A program made the translations under genes and the position numbers. From positions 1,439,541 through 1,503,540 of the forward strand of contig OW818644.1 of assembly GCA_942492955.1 (NCBI GenBank): a stretch of 64,000 bases of DNA, written 5' to 3'. This document shows, one piece after another, positions 1 to 9,508 of this stretch. The notes beneath the pieces are model-generated. The model saw nothing but the letters and a program-made list of their open reading frames with translations. It searched no databases and was not told the origin of the DNA. This DNA comes from an uncultured Methanomassiliicoccales archaeon. Its GTDB lineage: Archaea > Thermoplasmatota > Thermoplasmata > Methanomassiliicoccales > UBA472. Position 1 is the first letter of the stretch; every line of letters begins with the position of its first letter.

Positions 1-387
1 AGTCTGGATATCGGCATCGCCTCCAGCGTGATCGATGAGATATGGAACGATTATGACACGAGCGTTGTTTTCCTGGCGGCGTTGATCCTTCTTTGGCCAA
101 CCGGAATTGCCATCGGCAAGGTGACGGAAAAATGGAGAAGGCATGTCGAAGGGGAAAGAGGATTGGAGTCCGCTGGCAAGTACATCGGGTTCGCAGAGAG
201 GATGATCATTTTCTCTTTGATCATGGTCAACCAATACACCGCATTGGGTTTGATCGTGGCGACTAAGTCGATTTTCCGATTGAGGGAAGGATCGAAGGAG
301 GCTGAGTACTATCTCGTAGGGTCCATGCTCAGTTTCTCTGCCGCCATAATCATCGGCCTTCTGGTAAAACAGATCATTGCGGCTTGA
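1..387 (+). CDS. Membrane protein, DUF3307-like C-terminal part (5' truncated by window edge)
   Basis: Frame open from base 1. G-x-x-IGxxER...KSIFR...EYYLVGSMLS pattern with hydrophobic helices. Confidence 0.6.
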   Translation, partial: SLDIGIASSVIDEIWNDYDTSVVFLAALILLWPTGIAIGKVTEKWRRHVEGERGLESAGKYIGFAERMIIFSLIMVNQYTALGLIVATKSIFRLREGSKEAEYYLVGSMLSFSAAIIIGLLVKQIIAA

Positions 388-421
388 GAAGAGGCACTGA
401 CACGCAAATGGACGACAGAAC

Positions 422-2170
422 CTACATGCCCCAGAACCGGTCCGACTTCCTTTTGATCTCGATGGTCTCATCCAGCACCATCTTCTCATCGATGTTGAGG
501 TCGTAGTCGGACAAGCCCTTCACTTCCGATTCCAGGATATCGACGTACAATATCGTATCGACGTCGATCTGGCGGCCGACGGTGGGGCCGTCGATGGAGA
601 TGGCGATCTCCTGACCCGCGATCGCTTCCTTCAAGATGTCCTCGTTGTCGCGCAGGCTCTTGATCTTTCCGATCTCGTTGCCGCTCTGGTCGATAAGCCT
701 CTGACCGTTGCGGATGCGCCCGGCGAGAACGCGCACGCCGACGATCGCCGGCTTGCTGACCCGGAACACGCAGTTCGGGAGCAGCCGGATCTTGCCTGGG
801 AACGCGGTCAGCGACCTCTTGGCCAGTTCCGCTTTCCGCTTTTCCTCCGCCACCCATTTCTGGTAATCATCGATCAGGCCGTAGACGATGTCGTTCAGGA
901 AGATCTTCCCCGGATAGTTGGGCAGAGCCTCCTTGGCATCGATGAGCATGTCGATGTTGAATCCGAGGACCGCCCGATGAAGCTCATCATTATACGAGGA
1001 CACTTCGATCAGGTCCCTCCTGGATACGTCCCCAACCTCGTATTTGCGTATTGGGATCCCGGCCTTGGCCGCCTCGAACGCCAACGCCTCCAGAGAACCG
1101 ATGGCGTCTGCCTTGATCATGACGCCGGCCTCAGCCGTCTCTATGTTCACCTTGGTCTCCTTGGTGATCTCCTCCAGGACCGCCTTCTCGTTGCCCTTGA
1201 TGACCCGTAGAGGTGCCCCGGCGATTACTCCTTCCAGCGTCTGGCACATGACCTTGACGCCGGCTGCGGCGTTGACCTCGGCCACCGAACCGAACTTATC
1301 GCGGGGGTCCCTGATCTCGTCCAATGGTTTTGGCTTGAGGATCGCCTTGACCTTCGTGATGACCGGCTTGTTCCTTGTGCCAAGGGCCACCGTATCGCCC
1401 CGGTGCAATGTCCCGGAGTAAAGAATGACATCCACGGTCGGTCCGAGGCCCTTCTCTTCCTTCACCTCAAGGATGGTTCCCTTGGCAGGGCCTTCCTCGG
1501 TCTTCAGTTCCGTCTCGAGGAATCGCTGGGCCAGGCCGACCAGCACCAGCAGGAGGTCGGGGATGCCCTCGCCGGTCTTGGCCGAGATTGGTATGAGTGC
1601 GATGTTCTTGGTGAAGTCCTCTATGCGGTCATAGCGGTCGGCTGATAGCCCTTCCATCGCCAGCTTACCGGAGATGTCGTACAGACGGTTATTGACGTTC
1701 TCCACGGCGTTCTCCGGTTGCTCCTTCTCTGAGAAGATGAACGGGGTCTTCGGGTGGGAGATCCAGCCGTCGACCAGGTCTATCTTGTTGAGCGCGATGA
1801 TGAAAGGCGTTTTGAAACGCCTGAGGATATGAATGGATTCGATGGTCTGCGGTTTCGGGCCCTCGTTGATGTCGATGACTAAGATGGCGATGTCAGCCAG
1901 TGATCCTCCCCGAGCGCGCAACGATGTGAATGACTGATGTCCGGGAGTGTCTATGAAAAGCAGGCCCGGTACGTTGAACCTCTTCTTTCCCATGAGCTGG
2001 GCGCACACTTTCTCGATGTGCTCGAGCGGCACCTCGGTGGCGCCGATGTGCTGGGTGATGAAACCGGCCTCACGCGACATGACGGTCGTGCCGCGGACGT
2101 AATCAAGCAGGCTGGTCTTGCCATGGTCGACATGACCAAGTACGCTAACGATTGGCTGCCTGATGCTCAT
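422..2170 (-). CDS. infB: Translation initiation factor aIF5B (IF-2)
   Basis: RQPIVSVLGHVDHGKTSLLD, GFITQHIGAT, DTPGH, NKID motifs. Start moved to MSIRQP. Confidence 0.97.
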   Translation of the reverse strand: MSIRQPIVSVLGHVDHGKTSLLDYVRGTTVMSREAGFITQHIGATEVPLEHIEKVCAQLMGKKRFNVPGLLFIDTPGHQSFTSLRARGGSLADIAILVIDINEGPKPQTIESIHILRRFKTPFIIALNKIDLVDGWISHPKTPFIFSEKEQPENAVENVNNRLYDISGKLAMEGLSADRYDRIEDFTKNIALIPISAKTGEGIPDLLLVLVGLAQRFLETELKTEEGPAKGTILEVKEEKGLGPTVDVILYSGTLHRGDTVALGTRNKPVITKVKAILKPKPLDEIRDPRDKFGSVAEVNAAAGVKVMCQTLEGVIAGAPLRVIKGNEKAVLEEITKETKVNIETAEAGVMIKADAIGSLEALAFEAAKAGIPIRKYEVGDVSRRDLIEVSSYNDELHRAVLGFNIDMLIDAKEALPNYPGKIFLNDIVYGLIDDYQKWVAEEKRKAELAKRSLTAFPGKIRLLPNCVFRVSKPAIVGVRVLAGRIRNGQRLIDQSGNEIGKIKSLRDNEDILKEAIAGQEIAISIDGPTVGRQIDVDTILYVDILESEVKGLSDYDLNIDEKMVLDETIEIKRKSDRFWGM

Positions 2171-2296
2171 CTTCAATCGGATTATGGCAAACGTATTTCT
2201 ATCTTTCTTAGTACCCGCGGACGTTCGGGATGGATGCCTCAAAATCAGAGAAAAATAAGGTCTGGAAGAAGGTTAGGAAAAAGTTTGCCAGTCGGT

Positions 2297-2749
2297 TCAC
2301 TCGAACAACCAGGAGCTGACGTTGTACTTGTAATCCTGGAGCTCGTAGTCGTTGAAGAACAGGTTGATCTCACGCTTCGCCGATTCCGCGGAATCGGAGC
2401 CGTGGACGATGTTCCTGCCCGTCTGCTGTGCCAGGTCGCCCCTGATGGTTCCAGGTGCGGCGTCCATAGGATTGGTCTTGCCCATCATCGTCCTCATCGT
2501 GGCGATGATGTTGTCTCCTTCCCAGACCATGACGAGCACCGGACCGGAGGTCATGTACTCGATCAGGCCGTTGAAGAAGCCCTTTCCCTTGTGTTCGCCG
2601 TAATGGCGCTCAGCCAGCTCCTTCGGGAGCCGCATGAACTTCATCGCGACCGGCTTGAAGCCTTTTGCTTCGAACCTGCCCAGTATCTCGCCCATGAGCC
2701 CGCGCTGGACAGCGTCGGGCTTGAGCATTACGAACGTGCGCTCGATCAT
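2297..2749 (-). CDS. ndk: Nucleoside diphosphate kinase
   Basis: ERTFVMLKPDAVQRGL, PGTIRGD, NIVHGSDS. Confidence 0.98.
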   Translation of the reverse strand: MIERTFVMLKPDAVQRGLMGEILGRFEAKGFKPVAMKFMRLPKELAERHYGEHKGKGFFNGLIEYMTSGPVLVMVWEGDNIIATMRTMMGKTNPMDAAPGTIRGDLAQQTGRNIVHGSDSAESAKREINLFFNDYELQDYKYNVSSWLFE

Positions 2750-2765
2750 CTGGTTCGCCCCGGGA

Positions 2766-3155
2766 TCACGCCTTGGGGGCTTCGGCCGGTGCCGAGGCTT
2801 CCTTGGCCTTCTTTTCCTTCTTGGGCTTGGCTGCCTTGGCCGGCTTGGCCTCGGCTGCCGGGACCACCGCGGCCTCGGCCGGTGCCGGGAGGGCTTTGGG
2901 CTCTACCGGTGCCAGTTCAGCCTTCGGAGCGGATTCCGCATTCTTTAGGTTGCGGGCGTCCGTGGCGAGGCTCTTGCGTGCTGCGTAAGCAGCTGTCCAG
3001 GTGATCTTCCTCGGGACGCGGCCCATGTCGATCATGTTCTTGGAGCACTTGTTGCTGCAGAACAGGAAAGTGGTCCCGTCCTTCTTGACGTACATCTTAC
3101 CGGTACCTGGCTCGATTGACGCACCACAGAAGGTGCATAACTTTTGCTCTACCAT
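2766..3155 (-). CDS. rpl24e: 50S ribosomal protein L24e with Ala/Lys/Pro-rich C-terminal tail
   Basis: [17 protein letters not shown]...FCSNKC Zn motif. Conserved ndk-L24e-S28e-L7Ae order. Confidence 0.95.
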   Translation of the reverse strand: MVEQKLCTFCGASIEPGTGKMYVKKDGTTFLFCSNKCSKNMIDMGRVPRKITWTAAYAARKSLATDARNLKNAESAPKAELAPVEPKALPAPAEAAVVPAAEAKPAKAAKPKKEKKAKEASAPAEAPKA

Positions 3156-3173
3156 TTCAAGTCACCGTCCAGT

Positions 3174-3386
3174 TTACCTTATCGATAGCTTGCGAGCCTC
3201 TCTCGAGGTCTCCCTCAGCATCAAGATGTCGCCCATGCGCACTGGCCCCATAATATTCCTGGTGATGATCCTTCCCTTGTCACGGCCGTCTAGTACACGG
3301 ACCTTGACCTGGGTAGCCTCACCTGTCATCCCGGTGCGGCCGATGATCTCGACCACTTCCGAGGCGATGCTCTCTTCATCCACCAT
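3174..3386 (-). CDS. rps28e: 30S ribosomal protein S28e
   Basis: [17 protein letters not shown]...[21 protein letters not shown]. Confidence 0.97.
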   Translation of the reverse strand: MVDEESIASEVVEIIGRTGMTGEATQVKVRVLDGRDKGRIITRNIMGPVRMGDILMLRETSREARKLSIR

Positions 3387-3402
3387 GGTTTAGCACCTTA
3401 CC

Positions 3403-3780
3403 TTACTTTGCTGCCCTGAGCTTCTTTGCGTTCTCGACTAGGTTGTCCAGTACTGGCTTTCCCTTTCCAGCGTCCAGTATTGCGATGGACGCGGTGGGCT
3501 TTTCCAGTCCGCACGCGTTGCCGAGCTCCGCCTTGGATGCTACGTAAACGTACGGGACGTTGCGCTCCTCGCACAGGAGGGGCATGTGAGCCAGAATCTC
3601 TGGGGGCTGGACGTCCTCAGCCATAACGATAAGGACCGCCTCTCCTCGCTCGACAAGCTTGGTGACCTCATTGGTCCCCTTCTTGATCTTGCCGGTGTCG
3701 CGAGCAAGCTCGACGACCTCGTAGGCCTTGTCCTGCAGTTCTTTTGTCATCTCGAATCTAACGAATGCTGGTTTTGCCAT
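3403..3780 (-). CDS. rpl7ae: 50S ribosomal protein L7Ae
   Basis: KIKKGTNEVTK.VERG.A.LIVMAEDVQPPEI.AH.PLLCEE. SD GAGGTGA upstream. Confidence 0.97.
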   Translation of the reverse strand: MAKPAFVRFEMTKELQDKAYEVVELARDTGKIKKGTNEVTKLVERGEAVLIVMAEDVQPPEILAHMPLLCEERNVPYVYVASKAELGNACGLEKPTASIAILDAGKGKPVLDNLVENAKKLRAAK

Positions 3781-3784
3781 TATT

Positions 3785-3820
3785 TCACCTCATTCGGATG
3801 TTAAACATCCTCATCATTCA
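3785..3820 (-). promoter_or_regulatory. Putative kink-turn element in rpl7ae 5' UTR overlapping the SD
   Basis: Sense reads AUGAUGA-GGAUG-UUUAA-CAUCC-GAAU-GAGGUGA: a C-box-like heptamer, a 5-bp hairpin, then GA next to the SD. Confidence 0.5.
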
Positions 3821-3946
3821 TTGGTAGAATGCGGAATGTGCCAAAGTCATGATGATATTTATAACTTATCGGGGCTAACGATGGGCCTATCCAGCATTGC
3901 TGAATGCCCACATTTTTCGGATGGAATTGGGCTAAATCACCCCCCC

Positions 3947-4570
3947 TTACCTAACCGCCGCCGATATCTTCTGTTCCTGTGTGTTTATCATTTCATTGAA
4001 TACACTGTCCGCATTCAAGAAGGCTGCCAGATATGATAGTCGCATGACACAAGTAATATTGTCCACCTGGAAGAAAACGCTCAGGGCGGGTGGTTGGTCG
4101 GGGGAAGGATACACCAACTGACCAGAATAGTTCCATTTCACCTTAAAAGCAAAGTCACCTGTGTCTGCAATCTCATATTGCATTTTACTATCGTCTATAT
4201 TTGCAACAATCGACATACTACGGTCAATAGAATACCTCGCCTCAAATGCTGAGGAATAGTTGTATAGCCCCACTGTGAGGTAAGCACCAGCTCCAGATTC
4301 GGCGGTCAGATTGAATCCGCATCCGCCCGCGCCTGTTATGTTGCCAGGAAGGGGGCTATTTGAACCGTAGGAAAATGGCACTTCGGTTTTCCAATCGGAT
4401 GGTAGCTCGGATTGGGTCAGGATAAGGGCTTTCAGATCAGTATTTTTTGGTGGCAATTTCTGGACGCCACCTGTGTTACCAATCGTGGCGATAACTAGGA
4501 CGACCACGACTACACAAGCGACAAAACCAGCAAGTGCCAATTTCTTCTTTGAAACCCTCGAATCGGTCAT
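3947..4570 (-). CDS. Hypothetical membrane-anchored extracellular protein
   Basis: Basic N-terminus plus hydrophobic helix, then a soluble N/S/T-rich domain. Visibly more AT-rich than its neighbours. Confidence 0.7.
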   Translation of the reverse strand: MTDSRVSKKKLALAGFVACVVVVVLVIATIGNTGGVQKLPPKNTDLKALILTQSELPSDWKTEVPFSYGSNSPLPGNITGAGGCGFNLTAESGAGAYLTVGLYNYSSAFEARYSIDRSMSIVANIDDSKMQYEIADTGDFAFKVKWNYSGQLVYPSPDQPPALSVFFQVDNITCVMRLSYLAAFLNADSVFNEMINTQEQKISAAVR

Positions 4571-4876
4571 AATGCGCTTTCAATCAATAGCTTGTATGTT
4601 AATTCTTGCTCGATATTATAATAATATGACTCATATTTCCACCAAGCCCTATTCCAGATGATACTAGGGAGCAACTTGCCAGACTGTCATGATGAACATC
4701 ATTTTTACCACCGCCCATTATGGGCATCGAGTGACTCCAGGATCGAATGCCAGGCAGAGGAATCCGATTGCCGAGATCTAGGTGGACAAGCCTGCCCCGG
4801 AGGCCCTCGAACGGCTCATACTTCCACACATCGGTAGGCGTGACCGACCGATCCATCGATGCGGCCAACCGCCCAC

Positions 4877-5275
4877 CTACTGGTGAACGCTCTCCTTGAA
4901 CTCAGTCAGCTTTCGATAGGCCACCGCCTGACTCGCGGTCATAGCCATCATCGCCCCGACCATTATAGCGTCGAACATCTCGTCCTCGCTCGCCCCGTAT
5001 TTCGCCGCCTGCTTGAAATGTACCATAAGGCAATGATCGGCGCCCAGTGCCGAACCGGCGGCGATCGCCGCCAGCTCCATCGACTTCTGGTCCATGAACT
5101 TCGGCTTGAAGAACACCGCGCTGGAAAGGTCCGAGTAGGGAATGAACAGCTCCGGCCGCTTGGAAAGCACTTCCGATACCAGAGGGACCTGCCCATACAC
5201 CTTCTTGACCCGCTCCAAGACCTTTTGGACATTCTCCTCGCCGTATCGGTCGTCCTCGCAACCGTCATCTGCCAT
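4877..5275 (-). CDS. Carboxymuconolactone decarboxylase/AhpD-like family protein
   Basis: K.MELAAIAAGSALGADHCLMVHFKQAAKYGASEDEM pattern with a single Cys. Start moved to MADDG. Confidence 0.8.
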   Translation of the reverse strand: MADDGCEDDRYGEENVQKVLERVKKVYGQVPLVSEVLSKRPELFIPYSDLSSAVFFKPKFMDQKSMELAAIAAGSALGADHCLMVHFKQAAKYGASEDEMFDAIMVGAMMAMTASQAVAYRKLTEFKESVHQ

Positions 5276-5344
5276 GCTTACGGGGAACGACCTTCGGGAG
5301 AATAATCCTTTCACTCCGATGACGGCCGCTGATAATCAGGTACT

Positions 5345-6331
5345 CTAGATGTCCTGGCCATTCCTGGCGAGGATCCTGAGGTAAAGGAAGGTCGCCCATC
5401 GGGAAGGTACCTTCTTCTGTCCGAACTCCCAATCGCGCCAATCCTGCCAGACGGATTCCGGGACCATTCTTCCCTTCGGGTCCGCCTTCGAGGCCAGTAC
5501 GGAGACCATGTCCTTATACCGGGGGTCATCCCGGACATGCTCGAACAGGCTGAGCACGTCGACGACGTGGAGTATGTCGTACCAGACCAGCGGTGCCTTC
5601 ACCTTGCGGAAGTCCGTGCCCATATAGAACTGGTATGGATGCCGCTCCCTGCTATTCGCCCATAGGTCCAAGATGCATTCCGTTCCGGCCTTTGCAGCAT
5701 CACCAGATGCAAGCTCGGGAAACTCCGAAAGGGCCTTGAGCGATATCAATGTGGCATAGGGGCAAGGGTCGTCCTTTCTGCCTGGACCCCGGAACTTTCC
5801 AATCTCCTTCGATCCTATGCAGCGCCATCCGACCTCGGACGAGAGGCGGGCGATGTGGTGGGCTGCCTGCACCACCCTCGGGTCGTCTCCCAATCCCATT
5901 CTGGCCAGACAACTGACGGCCATCGGGGCATCGCAAAGGATCCAGCCCAGCTCTTCCACCCCGGAACCGCCGAAATGCTTGGGGATGACCATGGACACTC
6001 GGAACTGCCCCTCCTCGGATATTCCGCCCATCAGGCGGTCAACCGCTGTTGGCATCCCCGGATCGCCCGCCCTGATGCCGATATCGGACAGGAACTCCAG
6101 GATATGGATCGGATGCGAGGCGGACCTGTGGCTGTTCAGCGGCCGCCATGGCTCGGAGACCTTTGACATCAGCGAGAGGACCAGCGGATCTGCCAGCATT
6201 GACGACCTCGACTCGATCACACCCTCGTTCGAGATGTCGAGGCGGAGGAGGTCCAGCATGGTCCGGTATCTCACGTATGCCGGCCCTTCCATGAGCCAGT
6301 CGATCGTTCCCTTCTCGATTCCCGATGGCAT
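5345..6331 (-). CDS. Conserved hypothetical protein, probable alpha/alpha-toroid (prenyltransferase-like) fold
   Basis: WLME..AYVRYRT..DLL, GW.C, CPYATL, WYDILHV.DVL, PS.W.T motifs. SD GAAGGTGA. Confidence 0.6.
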   Translation of the reverse strand: MPSGIEKGTIDWLMEGPAYVRYRTMLDLLRLDISNEGVIESRSSMLADPLVLSLMSKVSEPWRPLNSHRSASHPIHILEFLSDIGIRAGDPGMPTAVDRLMGGISEEGQFRVSMVIPKHFGGSGVEELGWILCDAPMAVSCLARMGLGDDPRVVQAAHHIARLSSEVGWRCIGSKEIGKFRGPGRKDDPCPYATLISLKALSEFPELASGDAAKAGTECILDLWANSRERHPYQFYMGTDFRKVKAPLVWYDILHVVDVLSLFEHVRDDPRYKDMVSVLASKADPKGRMVPESVWQDWRDWEFGQKKVPSRWATFLYLRILARNGQDI

Positions 6332-6355
6332 TATTTCACCTTCCTTCGGCACCCG

Positions 6356-7327
6356 TCAGAACACGTGCAGGTCGTCCTTGTCATGGTGCAACCTCATCTC
6401 TTCCGGCTTGAACATCGTGCACACCGGTTCCTCGATCTCATGACCGTAGTTCTGGTACCATTTCCCGCACAGCCATCGCTGTAGTGTCTTTATGTCTTCT
6501 TCGCTCATGTGACGGAAACGGCCTTGGAGCTTCAGGTAATCGCTCACCGGCAGCATTTGCTTCGGCTTGTAGGTGGTCCGAGACTCTCCGTCCTCATACT
6601 CGAACAGAGTCCACATGCCGGTCTCGACCGCCAGCTTCGCGATCTCGACGCTCATGGCCGATTCATACTTCCAGCCCGGGACGCATGGTGTCAGGATGTG
6701 CAGGAAGCGGAACCCGGACATGTGTTTGGCCTTGTCCACCTTCCTCACGAAATCGTTGAAATGGGCGATGGAGAGCGTCGCGGCATACGGCGGATCGTGG
6801 GCCTCAACGATCTTCATCAGATCCTTCTTGAAGGTCCTCTTCCCCTGCACTTTGCTGCCGACCGGCGAGGTCGTCGTCCAGGCGCCGAACGGGGTGGACG
6901 AGGACCGTTGTATCCCGGTGTTCATGAACGCTTCGTTGTCCACGCACACATAGATGATGTCCTCGTTCCGATCAAGGGCGCTTGACAGGGCCTGGAGCCC
7001 GATATCGAAGGTCCCGCCATCACCGGCGATGCCGACCACCAGCGACTTCTTCCCCCGGCGACGGTACGCCGCCTTGATGCCGGTGGTGACCGCGCCCGTG
7101 TTCTCGAACGCGGTGTAGAAGTAGGGCGTACGGAACGACGAGTTAGGGTATTGGGCGCTGAAGACAACGGCACAACTGGCAGGAATATAGACGGTAACGT
7201 CCGGACCGAGTATCCGCATCACGTTCTTGATGGCGATGGCGATGCCGCATCCAGGGCAGGCGCCATGCCCGCTGACGAAGAACTCGTTGCGCTTGATGTC
7301 CTTGAGACCGTGCATCTCTTCCATCAC
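6356..7327 (-). CDS. porB: Pyruvate/2-oxoacid:ferredoxin oxidoreductase beta subunit (TPP-binding)
   Basis: GHGACPGCG, GDGGTFDIG.QALS, DNEAFMNTGIQRS. Confidence 0.93.
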   Translation of the reverse strand: MMEEMHGLKDIKRNEFFVSGHGACPGCGIAIAIKNVMRILGPDVTVYIPASCAVVFSAQYPNSSFRTPYFYTAFENTGAVTTGIKAAYRRRGKKSLVVGIAGDGGTFDIGLQALSSALDRNEDIIYVCVDNEAFMNTGIQRSSSTPFGAWTTTSPVGSKVQGKRTFKKDLMKIVEAHDPPYAATLSIAHFNDFVRKVDKAKHMSGFRFLHILTPCVPGWKYESAMSVEIAKLAVETGMWTLFEYEDGESRTTYKPKQMLPVSDYLKLQGRFRHMSEEDIKTLQRWLCGKWYQNYGHEIEEPVCTMFKPEEMRLHHDKDDLHVF

Positions 7328-8496
7328 ATATCACCCCTCAGGTCATGCCAGTAAACATCGCGTTCCGGCACCTTCCCCATGCTGTCCTCGATGACGCCGA
7401 ACACCTTGGCCAGTGTTTCAGGGGTCAGGTCCCTTCCGCCAAGGCCGGCGATATGGTCCGTGATCGGCAGCCCGGACCCGTATAGGGCGTTCCGTACCTC
7501 CGTGAAGACCGGTCCAAAGGAGTTGAACGCCGCAGATCGATCGAACACCCCCAACGCCTTCAGCCCGGACACCGTTTCCAGCAGTTCCGCCTTGGGGAAC
7601 GGCCGCATGAACCTCAACCGGATCAGTCCGGCCTTCTTGCCCTCCGCCCGAAGCTGGTCGACGACCAGTCGCGAGGTGGTGGCCGCCGTGCCGATCGCCA
7701 CAAGGGCGTATTCCGCTCCATCCATGCGGTAAAGGTCCAGCAGGTCCCCGTGTGACCTCCCGAACCTCTTGGTGAAATCGATGTCGATCTCCTTGATGAC
7801 GATCCGCATGGAATCTATCGCCCGGTCGAGCTGATACCGCATCTCGGTGGCATACTCCGGCGAACATATAGGATTCATCACGATCGGGTCGTCCGGGTCG
7901 AGGACGTTCAGCGGGGCGAACTTGGGCAGGAAGCCGTCCACCGCCGCCTGGTCCGGAACGTCGACCCGTTCGACCGTGTGCGACAGCACGAAACCGTCCA
8001 GGCAGATCATCACGGGCAGCATGACCCGGTGATCCTCCGCGATGCGAAAGGCCTGCAGCGTCATATCCAGCGCCTCCTGGTTGTCCTCCACGTAGCATTG
8101 GAGCCAGCCGGATTCGCGCTCGGGCATCGAGTCATTGTGCTCCAGCCATATGCCGGAAGCAGCACCGAGCGAGCGGTTCACATTGGCCATTACCACGGGC
8201 AGACGGATCTGCGGAGCCGCATACAGCATCTCATGCATCAATGCCAACCCCTGAGACGCCGTGGCCGTGAACGTCCGTACGCCACCGGCGCTGGCGCCGA
8301 CAGCGACGCTCATCACACTGTGCTCGCTCTCCACCGGAATGAAGTCCGCGTCCAATTCGCCGTTGTTCACGAACTCGGCGATCTGCTCCACGATCAACGT
8401 CTGAGGTGTTATCGGGAACGCTGGGACCACTTCAACCCGGGCCAGCTTGGCCGCCCATGCCACGGCGTGGTCGGCACTGATGACCTTGACTACCAT
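7324..8496 (-). CDS. porA: Pyruvate/2-oxoacid:ferredoxin oxidoreductase alpha subunit
   Basis: AFPITPQT, VESEHS.MS, TATASQGLALMHE, NRSL. Confidence 0.93.
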   Translation of the reverse strand: MVVKVISADHAVAWAAKLARVEVVPAFPITPQTLIVEQIAEFVNNGELDADFIPVESEHSVMSVAVGASAGGVRTFTATASQGLALMHEMLYAAPQIRLPVVMANVNRSLGAASGIWLEHNDSMPERESGWLQCYVEDNQEALDMTLQAFRIAEDHRVMLPVMICLDGFVLSHTVERVDVPDQAAVDGFLPKFAPLNVLDPDDPIVMNPICSPEYATEMRYQLDRAIDSMRIVIKEIDIDFTKRFGRSHGDLLDLYRMDGAEYALVAIGTAATTSRLVVDQLRAEGKKAGLIRLRFMRPFPKAELLETVSGLKALGVFDRSAAFNSFGPVFTEVRNALYGSGLPITDHIAGLGGRDLTPETLAKVFGVIEDSMGKVPERDVYWHDLRGDM

Positions 8497-9392
8497 TCCT
8501 TCACCCCCTTGACCATCTCAATGGCGTTCACGGGGCACACCTGGGCGCAAATGCCGCACCCTTTGCAGTAACGAAAATCCCACTTCTCGTAATCATCCTC
8601 GAGACGGTGGATGCATCCCTCTGGGCAACAGAACCAGCAGCGCAGGCAGCGTATGCACTTTTCCTTGAGATAGTGGGGAGAATTGGTCCTCCAGGTCCCG
8701 GTCATGTTCTGCCAGGCGCTGCCCGGACCCACGTTCACCTTGCCAAAGGATTCCGAGGGCAACGTGACACCGAGGGGAATGTCCTGCCAATCTGGCAGCC
8801 ACATCTCCCGGCGGGCGATCACCCGGTTGCCTTGACAGGTGCCTATCTTGGTCCTGTCGAAGGCTACCTGGGCCGCATCGGCATTTATCTCCGCCGCCTG
8901 CTTGCCCAGCCTTTCCCCGAACCGGTCCATGATGGCCGCCTTGATCGAGCCCAACGATACAATGTCCTGGATCTTCGCCATGGACCCGAGGATCGATGTG
9001 TTCACTATGGGGGCCTTGATGTGTTCCAGCGCCACCGAGGTCGCGTCGACCGCGGCGCAACGTACCGAGATCCCCAGGTCTACCTCCTCCGGTGACTTCC
9101 GGGTATTGATGACGGCAGATCCATCCGGCTTCAACCCATCGCCCACGGGATCGATGTCCAGCAAAGATTCGTCAAGAATGACCAGCATGTCCGGCTGGTA
9201 GATCTGTGATTTGATCCTGATCTTCTTGTCATCGATGCGTGCGAACGCCCTTACCGGGGCACCGCGACGCTCAGCGCCGAAGAACGGGAACGCCTGAGCC
9301 TCCAACCCCTCGATAACCGCCGCCTCGGCGAAGGCCTGTGCCGCCATGACCGCCCCCTGGCCACCGCGACCATGAAAACGAACTTCGAACAT
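8490..9392 (-). CDS. porCD: Oxidoreductase gamma-delta fusion subunit (PorC plus 2x[4Fe-4S] PorD)
   Basis: EVRFHGRGGQG, FGAERRGAPV at the N-terminus. TGTWR..P, CIRCLRCWFCCP and CKGCGICAQVCP at the C-terminus. Confidence 0.9.
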   Translation of the reverse strand: MFEVRFHGRGGQGAVMAAQAFAEAAVIEGLEAQAFPFFGAERRGAPVRAFARIDDKKIRIKSQIYQPDMLVILDESLLDIDPVGDGLKPDGSAVINTRKSPEEVDLGISVRCAAVDATSVALEHIKAPIVNTSILGSMAKIQDIVSLGSIKAAIMDRFGERLGKQAAEINADAAQVAFDRTKIGTCQGNRVIARREMWLPDWQDIPLGVTLPSESFGKVNVGPGSAWQNMTGTWRTNSPHYLKEKCIRCLRCWFCCPEGCIHRLEDDYEKWDFRYCKGCGICAQVCPVNAIEMVKGVKEW

Positions 9393-9508
9393 GATGAACC
9401 ACTGGCTGACGATTGGTCGCGTAAGTATTTAATCCTGCACCGCTGGTCAATTCAGGAAAGAGGATGAATTCAATACTTTGAAATACACACGGCTCCGAGG
9501 ATTATTGG

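Noticed and set aside
1937-3004. 355-aa plus-strand ORF
   Set aside because: Antisense shadow of infB/ndk/rpl24e, with no coherent protein features.
4599-4868. 89-aa ORF downstream of the CMD gene
   Set aside because: No family features in any frame examined.
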